A DNA stretch of 63,391 nucleotides, filler included, from Octopus bimaculoides (GCF_001194135.2; 6 parts of 6 records of this genome joined end to end with filler, not necessarily neighbours in it), one strand, 5' to 3'; numbered from the whole stretch's first letter, positions 14,563-26,849 are shown. Translations and numbers: made by a program. The notes: generated by a model not told the origin, from the letters alone.

Positions 14563-14814
14563 CATATATATACGACGGGCTTCTTTCAGTTTCCGTCTAC
14601 CAAATCCACTCACAAGGCTTTGGTCGGCCCGAGGCTATAGTAGAAGACACTTGCCCAAGGTGCCACGCAGTGGGACTGAACCCGGAACCATGTGGTTGGT
14701 AAGCAAGCTACTTACCACACAGCCACTCCTACGCCTATATAGCAAGCCACTTACCACACAGACCCTCCTACGCCTATATAGCAAGCCACTTACCACACAG
14801 CCACTCCTACGCCT
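14311..14814 (-). mobile_element. tRNA-derived SINE, family 1 (octopus OR/OK-like), full length, with triplicated 5' head
   Basis: Minus strand: A box TGGCTGTGTGG, B box GGTTCAGTCCC, CORE-like CACCTTGGGCAAGTG, internal (TA/CA)n, 3' domain CCCCGTAACTTAGCGGTTCGGCAAAAGAGACCGATAGAATAAG, and (GAGTAAAA)n tail. Confidence 0.9.
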
Positions 14815-17174
14815 TTTACAAATTATATTGAGATAAATAATCGCGTGTAATTGTCTTTACTTCTTCCGGGAAATTGTTTGAAAAAATGTTGAAATAATTG
14901 AAATAACGTAACTACCCCGAAGCAAGGATTGCGTGGCCGTTCCATCTTTGTTGTATAATTTCACTATTCCGTTCTATCATGTGTTGATTGTCCCCGCATA
15001 TGTGTATTGTCCCAAATATGTTAGCCCCTTGTCGGTAATAAAGAAATACTTCCTGAAAATTGCTTGAACAAGTATTGATTGCTGTCCTTTTTGTTCGCAC
15101 GCCGGTCAATGCTGCCCAAGTTTATCAATAATCAAATTACTCCAGCTATAAATATGTCATTTTATTTCTTAGGTAAAACACATCAAATAATCTATAATAA
15201 TCTAGTATATTTACTTTCTGTTATGTTCGGAGGGCACATTGGTATTCCGGAACGGATGCTCTAATTTAGAGCATCTCCAGAACCTGTTGAGATGCCTTTG
15301 TTTTTGTTCATTATAGTTTAGTATTAAAAAGATGTTACTCTATTCGACTATTTAGATCGCTTTTGGACATTTGGCTGGATGCCTACTGAAAGAAATAATT
15401 ATTCATTGCTACAACAATCTATTTGTATAATAACTATACAACGAGATATAATAATAAACCGCATTATGGTTTTAAGTTACTTTGAAAGATCTACCATAAG
15501 AATATGGTGACTTAATCGAAATGACATGCCGATCAGTTCAGCGGAATATGTAAGAATTCGAGGTGTCATGGCCTTATCTTACTAGCTTAGCTTTCAATTT
15601 CGAGTTCTATAGAATTGACATTATCCTATATGAGGCAATCCAAATCTATTATATTCGGTCAAAGTTTATATGCAATGTTATTCGATATATTATCCAACTC
15701 TATTGGTGTCACGTACTTTGTCAGTTTGTATAATTGAGTATGAATTTAAATAATCGTAATTTACTACAATTACTTTCTAGATACTTTGGTGAATATTTAA
15801 TTTGAAATTGTACAAGCCCATCTTACGTCTATACAAGGCGCATATGACAGCGCATTACAGGCGTAATGGAGAATCGTTTGTATAACAACACTATTCTAGG
15901 CAGTATCTATAAGGAAGATACGTAACATACACCTAACCCTTACAAATAGCTATCAATGCATATATCTAATATCAGTACAGTACACAGTTTCTGCTGTAGA
16001 AGCTGGATATAATGAGTTTATCATTAGCTTTCTGTGATAAATTTTTAAATAACCCATGATATAAGCTCTCATTCTGAGAATAATTCTTCAAGTACACATA
16101 TCGCACGCCGTTAAATTGGAGACGACAGGGACTGGACGTTATGATGGTATGTCAGCCTGCGCAATGCAACAGATAAGTCCAGAGTAAAGATAGGTTTGAT
16201 ATTGTTCCAACTGGCAAATGAAATTACATTAGCTGTCTTTCTTATTCACATTACATGAATTATTAGATATTTCTTGTTGGTGTGCATGCAATAATAACTA
16301 TAGAGATTTAGAGAAAATATTATATCGCAGAGAATTTATACCGTTACATATATATCAACTGATAAACTATAGCTTACGCTGATATATACATGCACACATA
16401 CATATACACGTACGCACACACGCTTAACCACACACACACATGTATGTAAATGTAATGTAAGTGTCTGTATGTATTTATGCTATATGTACGTATATATGTG
16501 TGTATGTTTGCACATGTTGAGCAAAATATGGATTCCTAGAACCATGTGGCTATCGCAGAATGATCTTGTAGAGAACCCTTGTCTCACACACTATAGCAAT
16601 ACACTACGAAGGCGTATAATGGAGATTTTTATGCGACCGATTTCCAGGAGATACAATCGAAGAATTTATTTTATGAAGAAAAGTATATAAAATGATTTGA
16701 GACACAATGAACCTCTTTTGAGCACCTGCAGCTCAGTCTTGTTTTCTTCATTTAATCCCATCAAACACCTATCAATGCGGTTATGGTAAGAGGTTGTATG
16801 CCCCCTCCCATTTTTCAGCACCAAAGATACGAAGCTTCGTTGGATATGTGTGGAACGATCTTGCTCTGAATCTCCTATATCATGCCAGCCAGTTTTGGTA
16901 TCTACACTACTCTACAGCTTCTGCTCTCATACACACATGCAATATCTACATGCTCTCATACACACGCAATATCATTTATATGAACACACACGCATAGATA
17001 CACGCACACACAATGACATATCGACATATAGGGACTCACACACACACGCGCGCACACACACATACACACACACAATACCCATCCTCTAGAAACCACATGC
17101 TAGTAATGTTACACGCTACTGTGATTAACTAGTTAGCTCCATCCTCCCAAGCACATGAGCGCATTCTGTTATTC

Positions 17175-17345
17175 ATTTACCTATTTCAGTCATTTGACTT
17201 CAGCCATGCTGGTGCACTGTCTTAAACGGTTATAGACGAAGAAATCGATCAATTCCAGGACTTAAAATTTGTTAGCCTAGTACTTATTGTATCAGTATCT
17301 TTTGCCGAACCGCTATGTTACGGGAACATAAACACACCAGCATTG
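17175..17345 (-). mobile_element. Family 1 SINE, 3' part
   Basis: tttcagtcatttgact..ccatgctgg...tagtacttatt...ttttgccgaaccgctatgttacggg..ataaacacacc matches 14335-14480. Confidence 0.8.
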
Positions 17346-17463
17346 GGTGGGGAAGAACATATAACTGCATGACGGGGGTAGTGCCCGTCACCACGGCACC
17401 AGCTACACACACACACACACACGCACGCACACACATACGCAGGAACACACATACGCACGCATA

Positions 17464-17510
<47 letters not shown>

Positions 17511-17514
<4 letters not shown>

Positions 17515-18436
17515 GAGGTCACAAAAGAGACGGAGGGTACTGACCAGCGCCAGCTATGGCTAGAGTCAAGAGTTAAAACAACTCAAATGTCATAAAGCAA
17601 TGTATTTAATGACTGACAAAGGGAGGTAAATTCCTAGGGTACAAAGTCAAATCGAACGATTTGAGATTTTGATGCATAGCATCTTAATTCTCATCAGCGA
17701 CTCTTAAAGAATAGGGCTGACAAATCATCACACCAAGCTGACATACCATCACACAGTCCAGTCCCTGTCGTCTCAACTACTTCTGTCTGTCATGCAAGAA
17801 AATCCGTTGAAATCCTGTGCTGATTTCCAAAGTGGTAACATTGAAAGCAACAAATTAAATGGGTGGTTTAATAGCAATTTGAACCTAGATGCAAAACTGA
17901 TAGAGGTTATAAAATTGACGAGAGGTACCGACCAGCACCGACCAAATATAAGCTGGGAACTTACCCCCCTTTGTTAGTCAATAAGTACAATGCTTTGTGG
18001 CTTTTGAGTTGTTATAACTCTTGTTTCTAAAAATGTTTGATACTGGTCAATACCCACTATCACTTTTGTGATATCTACTAATTTTGCCTGAATGTTCAAA
18101 TTGCTAATAAGCCACTCATTTAATTTGTTTACACTTTTACCGCTTTCAAAAACAGCAAATATTTTCAATGTTTTTTTCTTATAAAACTGACAGAGAGAGT
18201 TAAGAGTCGCTGACGAGAATTAAGAGACTCTGCATGAAAATCCGAAATCGCTCGTTCGATTATGTACGCTGGGAACTCACCTGCCTTTGTCGATCATTAA
18301 GTACAGTGCTTTGTGACTTGTATTAACTCTTGTTTCTAGAAATAGCTGGTTCTGGGCAGCACTCTCCGTCACTTTTGTGCCCTCTATTAATTTTGCCTTT
18401 AGATTCACATAGCTAATGAGTCACCCATTTAATTTT
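17511..18436. pseudogene. Inverted array of four decayed exon-like units (A+, B+, C-, D-)
   Basis: 17511-17707 is the diverged reverse complement of 18200-18388. 17783-17952 is the diverged reverse complement of ~18040-18199. Donor-like AAAGG(G/C)(A/G)G|GT(A/G)A motifs lie at 17626 (+), 17964 (-) and 18280 (-). Substitutions look codon-patterned. The parent gene is unidentified. Confidence 0.55.
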
Positions 18437-19638
18437 TTGTATATATATATANNNNNNNNNNNNNNNNNNNNNNNNNNNNNNNNNNNNNNNNNNNNNNNNN
18501 NNNNNNNNNNNNNNNNNNNNNNNNNNNNNNNNNNNNNNNNNNNNNNNNNNNNNNNNNNNNNNNNNNNNNNNNNNNNNNNNNNNNNNNNNNNNNNNNNNNN
18601 NNNNNNNNNNNNNNNNNNNNNNNNNNNNNNNNNNNNNNNNNNNNNNNNNNNNNNNNNNNNNNNNNNNNNNNNNNNNNNNNNNNNNNNNNNNNNNNNNNNN
18701 NNNNNNNNNNNNNNNNNNNNNNNATATATATCCAAGAAAGTTAGGGGTTGTGAATACAACCCACTAAGGAATAATATCTATCCTATATATTGCTGGAAAA
18801 ATACCTAATTATTATTACACTAGTGTTTTTTCATTGCATTAACAAGTGCAATAAATGGGTGCGGGTAAAAACATATTTTCCCATTAATTTATATAGCAAT
18901 AAGACAATGGTGGGGATAGGTGGGATTCATCAACTTGCAGACATTGTATTGTGTCAAATTACTTGTTTCTTTGTGTACTAAAATAACAATAATAACAATA
19001 TACAAACGCATGTGATATATTATGCAATATCAGTGATTAGAAAATGACATATACTGACAGAAAATGGGATAATGACTTATAGCTGTTTCAGTTTAGCAGT
19101 GATGTGCCTCATACTATCTATATCACTCCAGTCGACTGAAGTACTTAATAGATGAAATACAGGTACATGGATGATTCTCTAGGCCTCTTCAGACATTTTA
19201 TAAAGTTCATAAAGTTAAGTTAAAAATATCCAAATATAAAATATTAAAAAAATAAAACCCCACATATATATGCATACTTAAACATATACATAATCATACA
19301 TAAATAAACATAAATACATATATATATACATTTAAATGTACATACGCAAATCCATACATGCACAGAAATGAATCGATTATGATTTTTTATTATATACGAG
19401 GAGGACAGACACACATATATATATACACCCAAACGTACGTACGTACACATATGTATACACAGACATTTCCGAACAGACATGTTCATTGGTACATACGCAT
19501 TAGTTGCGTTTGGAACGGAGGACTGGTGCATTGGTTGACATCGTTATAATTCCAACAAAAATGTCTGAACCTATATTTATATATATATATATATNNNNNN
19601 NNNNNNNNNNNNNNNNNNNNNNNNNNNNNNNNNNNNNN

Positions 19639-19650
19639 TTAATTAATTAA
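19639..19650. other. Assembly linker TTAATTAATTAA inside an N gap (also 47340-47351, 52698-52709, 54208-54219, 62158-62169)
   Basis: The same 12-mer, with stops in all six frames, sits between N runs five times. It is not biological sequence. Confidence 0.92.
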
Positions 19651-20593
19651 NNNNNNNNNNNNNNNNNNNNNNNNNNNNNNNNNNNNNNNNNNNNGTATAT
19701 ATATATATAGTATACGTATATATATCTATATATGTATATATAAGATAGATGCACTATCTTCCTATCCACCTCTCTCTGCGTCCATCTAGTTATCTACCTA
19801 TTTGTCTGTTTCTTTAGATAGATAGATAGATTGACAGTCAGATAGATAGACAGATAGATAGATAAATAGTTAGATAGATGGATAGACAGATAGACAGAGA
19901 CAGACAGTTATACACACAGCGATAGAGACAATAAAGGAAGCAGACAAACGTGACAGTTGTGAAAACATTACAGATGTCTGATCGTTATTATTTTGATAAA
20001 TGCCTACAGATATAAATATGTGCGTGTGTGTATTACAGTATATACGAGTGTGTTTGTCTATACAACTATGGATATATATATGTCTACGTCTGTATCTGTA
20101 TATACACGCGCGCGCGCATATGCACAAGTATGTATATTTAGACTTCATTAGTAGTACATACATGTGTCTACATAATATACACGCATATATATATATATAT
20201 ATATATATTTACACACCCACCTACACACACATATATGCTCGTATGTAGACGTATGCTTACATATATATATATGTATATATGTGCATAGCTAGTGAATAGA
20301 TACATAAGTATACACACACACACATACGTTTAGACACACTCGCCACATTATTATCTATGCGTTTGTGTACGTGTTTGTCCAAGTCTCTTAACATCTCTTT
20401 TGTTCATAATCATTTTCACGTCGTTTTTATCTCTTTCAACAGCTTGTTATTCTTAATATCACTTTAGATTCTCTCTCTTTCTCTCTGTGTGTGTGTGTGT
20501 GTATGTATATATATATATCACACACAAACATTCACTCACTATTTCTGCCTGTTTCCTTCTCTCTCGATCATTTTCATTTTCATTCTTTATGTT

Positions 20594-20624
<31 letters not shown>

Positions 20625-22009
20625 TGGTATGTATATGCGTTTCTGTTTACAAGAAAGAAAACGTATTTGATTGAATATAATCTATTCTCTTCAAAATCGA
20701 TTGATGACTCATTTTGTTGATACTCGATGTTTCCTGCCCACCATATACCTGTTTAGCATTGTTTGGTGAATGAGTGACGCTGTGTCCAGCACACATCTAC
20801 GCCGTTTCTCATCTTTCCATGCCATTTTGACAAACATATTGCCGGTCAGAAAATATGGTCAGTTGATTACCACGTTGTACTGGAAATCACCTAATTTTGA
20901 CCTTTAGCTATCAAAGGACAACTAACTTTGATGCTTAGGCCTAATGGCTATTGAGTTGTGAAGGCAAGCCTTCATCTACCATATTCTACAAAGTTGCCTG
21001 GTTGCTGCTTTTTAAATATGTTGTTTTCCTTTACACAGAAATGTTTCATACATAATGCCACATGTTCGGTCACGTGAGCCGCCTTGATCGTGGCAACGTC
21101 GAACATCTCATAAGCATAAAAACATAGTCACGTAGCGTCGTAGTATTGCACTAGAAAGACAGATACAAATGAACTTGTTTCACAAATAAAAATGGACGCT
21201 ATCACGGCGCCGCCGTATCATCGTAAGTTTACCTTACATTAATTTTGAAAACGAGAAAGCCAGTCTTCTCTTTGCAGGATAATCGATCTTTCAAAGGTGA
21301 ACTTGTAATACTTGGCCAGTGCATTCTAGACGAAATTAATCTCAAAATTAAATTTACTAAGAATCTAAGATAATGGAACCGCATCAGCATTATTATGATG
21401 TTGTTTAACCACATGGACGATAAAGAATAATGCTGATTCATCAAATTCTATGTTGTACACTTTTATCTGTCAAACTTGGAATTATTTCTTCCGAAAGTCC
21501 TAAATCTTTCGAGAGAATTTAACAGATTTAGTTACCAAGATTTCAAGATACTAATGAACTCTATGGAGTCAGTGTTGTAATACGATGATTTCCACCAAAT
21601 GAAAAATGATGATATCTCTTTGTTCCAACTTTTAATTGGAAGTAAATCTAGATAAAGTTGAATAAAAAGACCTCCTGGAATTTTTCATTTTCGACCTCTC
21701 TCTGAAAATGTACGAAACTCATTGTTTTTTATGATACATAAAGTGACGGCTTGGAATTATCGTACAATACGAACTGTTCTCCCACCACCAATAAACCGAT
21801 CTGGAAATAATAGATATACCTCAGATGTTTAATAAAACATATCCATCACCGGTAACTTAAGAATAACCTATCACCCAAACATGACACTAGACTTAGTCTC
21901 CCGATTATACAACAATTACAGAAACCTGAACGAATCGACTATATACGCTCACAAAACGACGGCCATTCTTATATAATGATTAGAAACATGGCACATCGAA
22001 TAAGAGAAA

Positions 22010-22260
22010 CTTCCGATCTGTGGTGGGAAGCGAATGAGGACGCTTGGCAGGATTATGGATTACCATGGGTTGGGTTTCGTATCCAAATAATGACTGATTC
22101 AAGAGCGTCAGCTCAGACTGTTTCGCCATCTTGCCTAGTTTCCCGTTTACTGTGTCCTCTCTTCACTGAGGATCCGGCTGGGCTGAAGGTTTGTGTTGGT
22201 CGACCACATGCCACATGGTCAAGGCAGATGAGCAGAAAATGGCATCGCGGAAATGCATAC
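22010..22260 (+). mobile_element. RTE-clade LINE 3' relic
   Basis: Frameshifted reading RIMDY..GFVSK / ERQLRLFRHLA*FP / DPAGLKVCVGRPHATWSRQM matches the RTE C-terminal pattern RQLRLFGHVARFP...GW.RPRGRP..TW.RQ. Confidence 0.75.
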
Positions 22261-23303
22261 AGCCAGCACCACACACACAACACACACGCTATTACACACG
22301 CAGACACACTTGCGTGCACGTCCATACCCACACGAATACCTTCGCTTCCACTCTCCGCTCTTAATACTTTTTCTTCTCCCATTCCATTCCGGTCATTTCA
22401 AAATGTGAATCGTTGGCGACTTTTCTCCGCCATCTTCCTTTCCACTTGGACTTTCCTCTGTCTCCTCTTCCTGAAGAAGAGTTTTGCTCGAAACGTAAAA
22501 CCACCTTTCTTTCCTTCCCTGAGCGTCTGCTAATACTTTGCATGTACCACGTACTCGCATTGTTTTTTTTTTCCTTCGTTTTGTTTTTGATTAACCATAT
22601 ATATATATATATATANNNNNNNNNNNNNNNNNNNNNNNNNNNNNNNNNNNNNNNNNNNNNNNNNNNNNNNNNNNNNNNNNNNNNNNNNNNNNNNNNNNNN
22701 NNNNNNNNNNNNNNNNNNNNNNNNNNNNNNNNNNNNNNNNNNNNNNNNNNNNNNNNNNNNNNNNNNNNNNNNNNNNNNNNNNNNNNNNNNNNNNNNNNNN
22801 NNNNNNNNNNNNNNNNNNNNNNNNNNNNNNNNNNNNNNNNNNNNNNNNNNNNNNNNNNNNNNNNNNNNNNNNNNNNNNNNNNNNNNNNNNNNNNNNNNNN
22901 NNNNNNNNNNNNNNNNNNNNNNNNNNNNNNNNNNNNNNNNNNNNNNNNNNNNNNNNNNNNNNNNNNNNNNNNNNNNNNNNNNNNNNNNNNNNNNNNNNNN
23001 NNNNNNNNNNNNNNNNNNNNNNNNNNNNNNNNNNNNNNNNNNNNNNNNNNNNNNNNNNNNNNNNNNNNNNNNNTATATAAAGGGAGAGAGAGAGAGAGAG
23101 AGAGAGAGGTGAGACTGTGAGTGGGCGAGGGGGAGAGAAAGAGGGGAAAGAGAGAGAGAGAGAGGGGAGAGAGAGAGAGAGAGGAGTGAGAGAGAGACAG
23201 ATAAACAGATTAAGAATGAAAAAAAAAAGGATATTGGTGAACAGTGAAGTAGAATGGCCGAAGATATAAAATATTTCTCGACAGGTATGTACAAAGTAGA
23301 TAG

Positions 23304-23317
23304 GTTACCATGGCAAC
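23304..23317. promoter_or_regulatory. RFX X-box motif GTTACCATGGCAAC
   Basis: Exact match to the palindromic X-box consensus GTTNCCATGGNAAC. Function is untested. Confidence 0.45.
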
Positions 23318-23810
23318 AACATCCGCATTATATGACACCACTAATTAACTGTAAAATGGTTGTCCAGACATACTCGTTTGAAGTCGGATCTGTAGACCGG
23401 CTAATTGTCTGAGTATGTAGAGAGCCGGACTAGTCTCGTTATCTATTTACTCTCCGGTTATTGTTGATGTTGTTGTTGTCGTCGCCGTCATCATCAGGCT
23501 ACCACCACCACCACTACTACTACAACTACTACTGGTTAATATTTTTATTGTGATTCTTTCTGTGCTCTTCATATTCATAGCGCGTGATTTCAATGCAACA
23601 CAGTACGCGGCTCTCGCTGCAGCGTTTTGCATGAGATGTTTGTCTATTGAATTGAACGAACTATGCATAACATGTAGGAAATACATGCATACACAAATGT
23701 AGGAATGCATACGCATGAATTTGCTTTTGGTGCTGAACGTATTCTATGTAATACACACAAACATACATATGCACACAGACAGACACGCACACAAGTATAT
23801 ACATACATTC

Positions 23811-23856
<46 letters not shown>

Positions 23857-24941
23857 GAATGTATATATATATTTATATATATATATGTGTGTATATATAT
23901 ATATATATATGTGTGCATGCATTCATGCATATATATATATTTATATATATATAAGTTTTATCGGCAGAAGTGACAAAGCGACTCAAGAAGCGACAGATTT
24001 GTACATGGCACTAAAATTATGTATACTAATCTTCAATTATATATGCGCGTGCATGTATGCGTGTGTGTGCACACACACAAATGCACGCTCTCTCTCTCTC
24101 TCTCTCTCCCACATACACACACGCATACACAGAAACGTAAACACACACATACATACGTATAAAATTCTAAACTACATAAAAGGAAACTGCATATACACAA
24201 ACACAAACTCAAACGCACAGTGACACAAACAAATACATACACACGCATATACACATACGCACACATACACACACACATACGCGCACACACGCAAGGGTGT
24301 TTTCATTTTGTTAGAAAAAGAAAACAAATTTTTTCTGTTTTGTTTTTGCCATCCTCTCAAGACCTCTCAGTCTTTATCACTTCCGGTAAAATTCAGCGCT
24401 TCCGGTAAAATTGTTCTCTCAGTTACATCCCCTCTTGCCATGACGCTCTGTTTAGAATGTTCGGAAGAATTTGTCTTCTCTTGTATTGTCTTCGTCTAAG
24501 TGGTTTCCTCGTATTAGGAACAGCATAATTAGAAATTCTTAAATTAGCTTTTGGCTGGAAATAAACAACACAAACAATGGATTGTTAGAAAAAAAGTCAG
24601 AGAGGGGTCAGAAGTTTAAAGAGCCATAGCGGTCGGTTGGTGGGGGGTGAGGCGAAAATATCAATGACTGCTTAAAACTTTCAGAATTATTTAACACACG
24701 ACATTCGTTTATTCATTCATTCCTTACGTCTTTTATTGCGCCGATGCTGGTGCACAGTTCCAGTATTTTTTTTTTATTCATTCAATTTTGTAGAATACAA
24801 TAATTCATGTCTGAGTTATTGTATCCATTTTGATTGCGAATGAAAGACTAGAAGGCAACTTCGTGTTACGAACCGGATAGATAGACATCATTCGGTGTTT
24901 TGCTTCAATCCATCGATTTTCTGCCAGCCAGTGCCTATATA

Positions 24942-24973
<32 letters not shown>

Positions 24974-24986
24974 AATATATTTATTC

Positions 24987-25025
<39 letters not shown>

Positions 25026-26351
25026 AGAATGGGCAGGTAATTAACTAGGTAGACAGCTAGTTAACTACAGTTATTCGTTAATTAGGTCGGCTGCTCAAAC
25101 CGGTCGGCAGAGGTTTATAGCTTGGAGTGTACAAGAGATTAACAGACTAATTAATCTGAACAGTCATTGATATAAACCATGAAACACATCTCTGAGATGG
25201 TTCAGACGTACTGTAGAGAATATGTGTGTGTGTGTGTGTGTGTATTGCGAGAGAGAGAGAAAGAGAGAGGGGGAGGGTGTGAGATAGGGAGGTTATCACA
25301 CGTATTACTGATATGTGAGATTGACGATAACAGACTTTTCAGAATATAGCATTTCAAGAATATAAAATTAGTGTTATCGTCAACAATTAGATAAAGAGAG
25401 AGAGAGAGAGAAAGAGAGAGCAAGAAACACGTTTGTACAGCCACACACATACACAATCAGGCACACCCTCTCATACAGCCAAACACACACACGCCGCACA
25501 TCGATGCATATATATTTGTATTCAACTTGTCGATCGATCCGTCTCACTGTTTCCTTATCTATCTGTCTATCTAGCCACCCCCTCTCTCTCTCTCAACCTA
25601 TCTATCTTTTTGCAGATCGTCTTGTTGACAAAGTAATGAACCACCCACGTGTATACATAAACACACACACATACGGACACACTGACACGCATATACCAAA
25701 CTATATACTTTATGCATATAAGCATGCATATATATGTACCTACCAACATACATACATAGTCATACATACGCACACATGCATATACGTATACATACATACG
25801 TAGGCACACACACACACACACAAGCACACAAATGTGTGTGTGTGTTAACATATTTATATACACATACTTTAAAATATATAACATGTGTGTGTGTGTGTTA
25901 ACATATTTATGTGTACGTACTTAAACGTTTGATTCTGCATATCTCAAATATGAAATTAAAGGAAAATGATGAAGCTGGCTTTGATTTAGAGAATAAAAGC
26001 ATTGACGAAGAATACGGTGGCGTGTTAATTTTAGAAAAGTAGACATTGTTGTTTGTGTGATAACTTATGAAAGAAACGATATGATGATTGATAACGAGTG
26101 GTATATTGTTGTTGTTGCTGTTATGTGTGTCAACATAATTCTATTTTGACAGACATAAAAAGACGCCTCGTTGCTTTTAAGGAAAAGACAAAACATACGT
26201 CAAAGAATATAGATGCAGAGACTAATTTTCGTGTGCACACATACATCCATCCATACATACACACATGCATGCATGTATACATACGTATATGCATACCTAC
26301 CTACCTACATACAGACAACATACATACATACATACATACATACATACATAC

Positions 26352-26560
26352 AAAGAAAATACGCTAAATTGTTGAGAAATTCTACATTTAATTTATCCAG
26401 ATTACCAGTTTAGGTTTGTACCTGTAATTACTGGGGCCCGGGGATATGCAACTCACTGCCTATATACCAAGCTTGAGAAATTAAGCATCTCAAAACCAGA
26501 AAGGAGAAAGCTGACACGAAGACTACAAATCCAATCCATCACGGGAACTGTATCACCTAA
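26352..26560 (+). mobile_element. R4/Dong-like (RLE-type) LINE C-terminal relic, copy 1
   Basis: LIYPDYQFRFVPVITGARGYATHCLYTKLEKLSISKPERRKLTRRLQIQSITGTV resembles the segment after the PD-(D/E)xK nuclease in R4/Dong ORFs. It is homologous to 44435-44655. Confidence 0.7.
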
Positions 26561-26849
26561 GTATACATGAGCATGTTTCGACATGCAAGTATATTCATGA
26601 GGCGACATACTTAAAACATGCAAATCTGCATACATACATACATACATACATACAAAAATAGCCTGTTGATGTTGAAATTTCAATGAAGGAGCCTTGGATC
26701 TGGGTTAGTAACCGGCGCCTTTTCGATTGGTAAGAAATCGAGAACTGTGTAATGCCATACATACATAAATGTGTATATGCATGTACATATATATACGTGT
26801 GCGTGTGTGTGTGTGCGCAAGAGAGGGTGTTCGTATGTAAAGTTATGAA

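Noticed and set aside
14702-14814. CRISPR-like regular repeats (also 53949-54030)
   Set aside because: The units are directly adjacent with no unique spacers, there are no cas genes and the context is eukaryotic.
18059-18071. ATCACTTTTGTGA, a 13-nt match to the reverse complement of miR-153
   Set aside because: The match stops before the seed end, it lies inside the duplicated exon-like unit and there is no local pre-miRNA hairpin.
20700-21220. Possible transposase relic (also 4620-5030, 35700-36200, 39920-40360)
   Set aside because: Complex-looking sequence, but I could not assemble diagnostic motifs in any frame, so it is left unannotated pending a repeat-library search.
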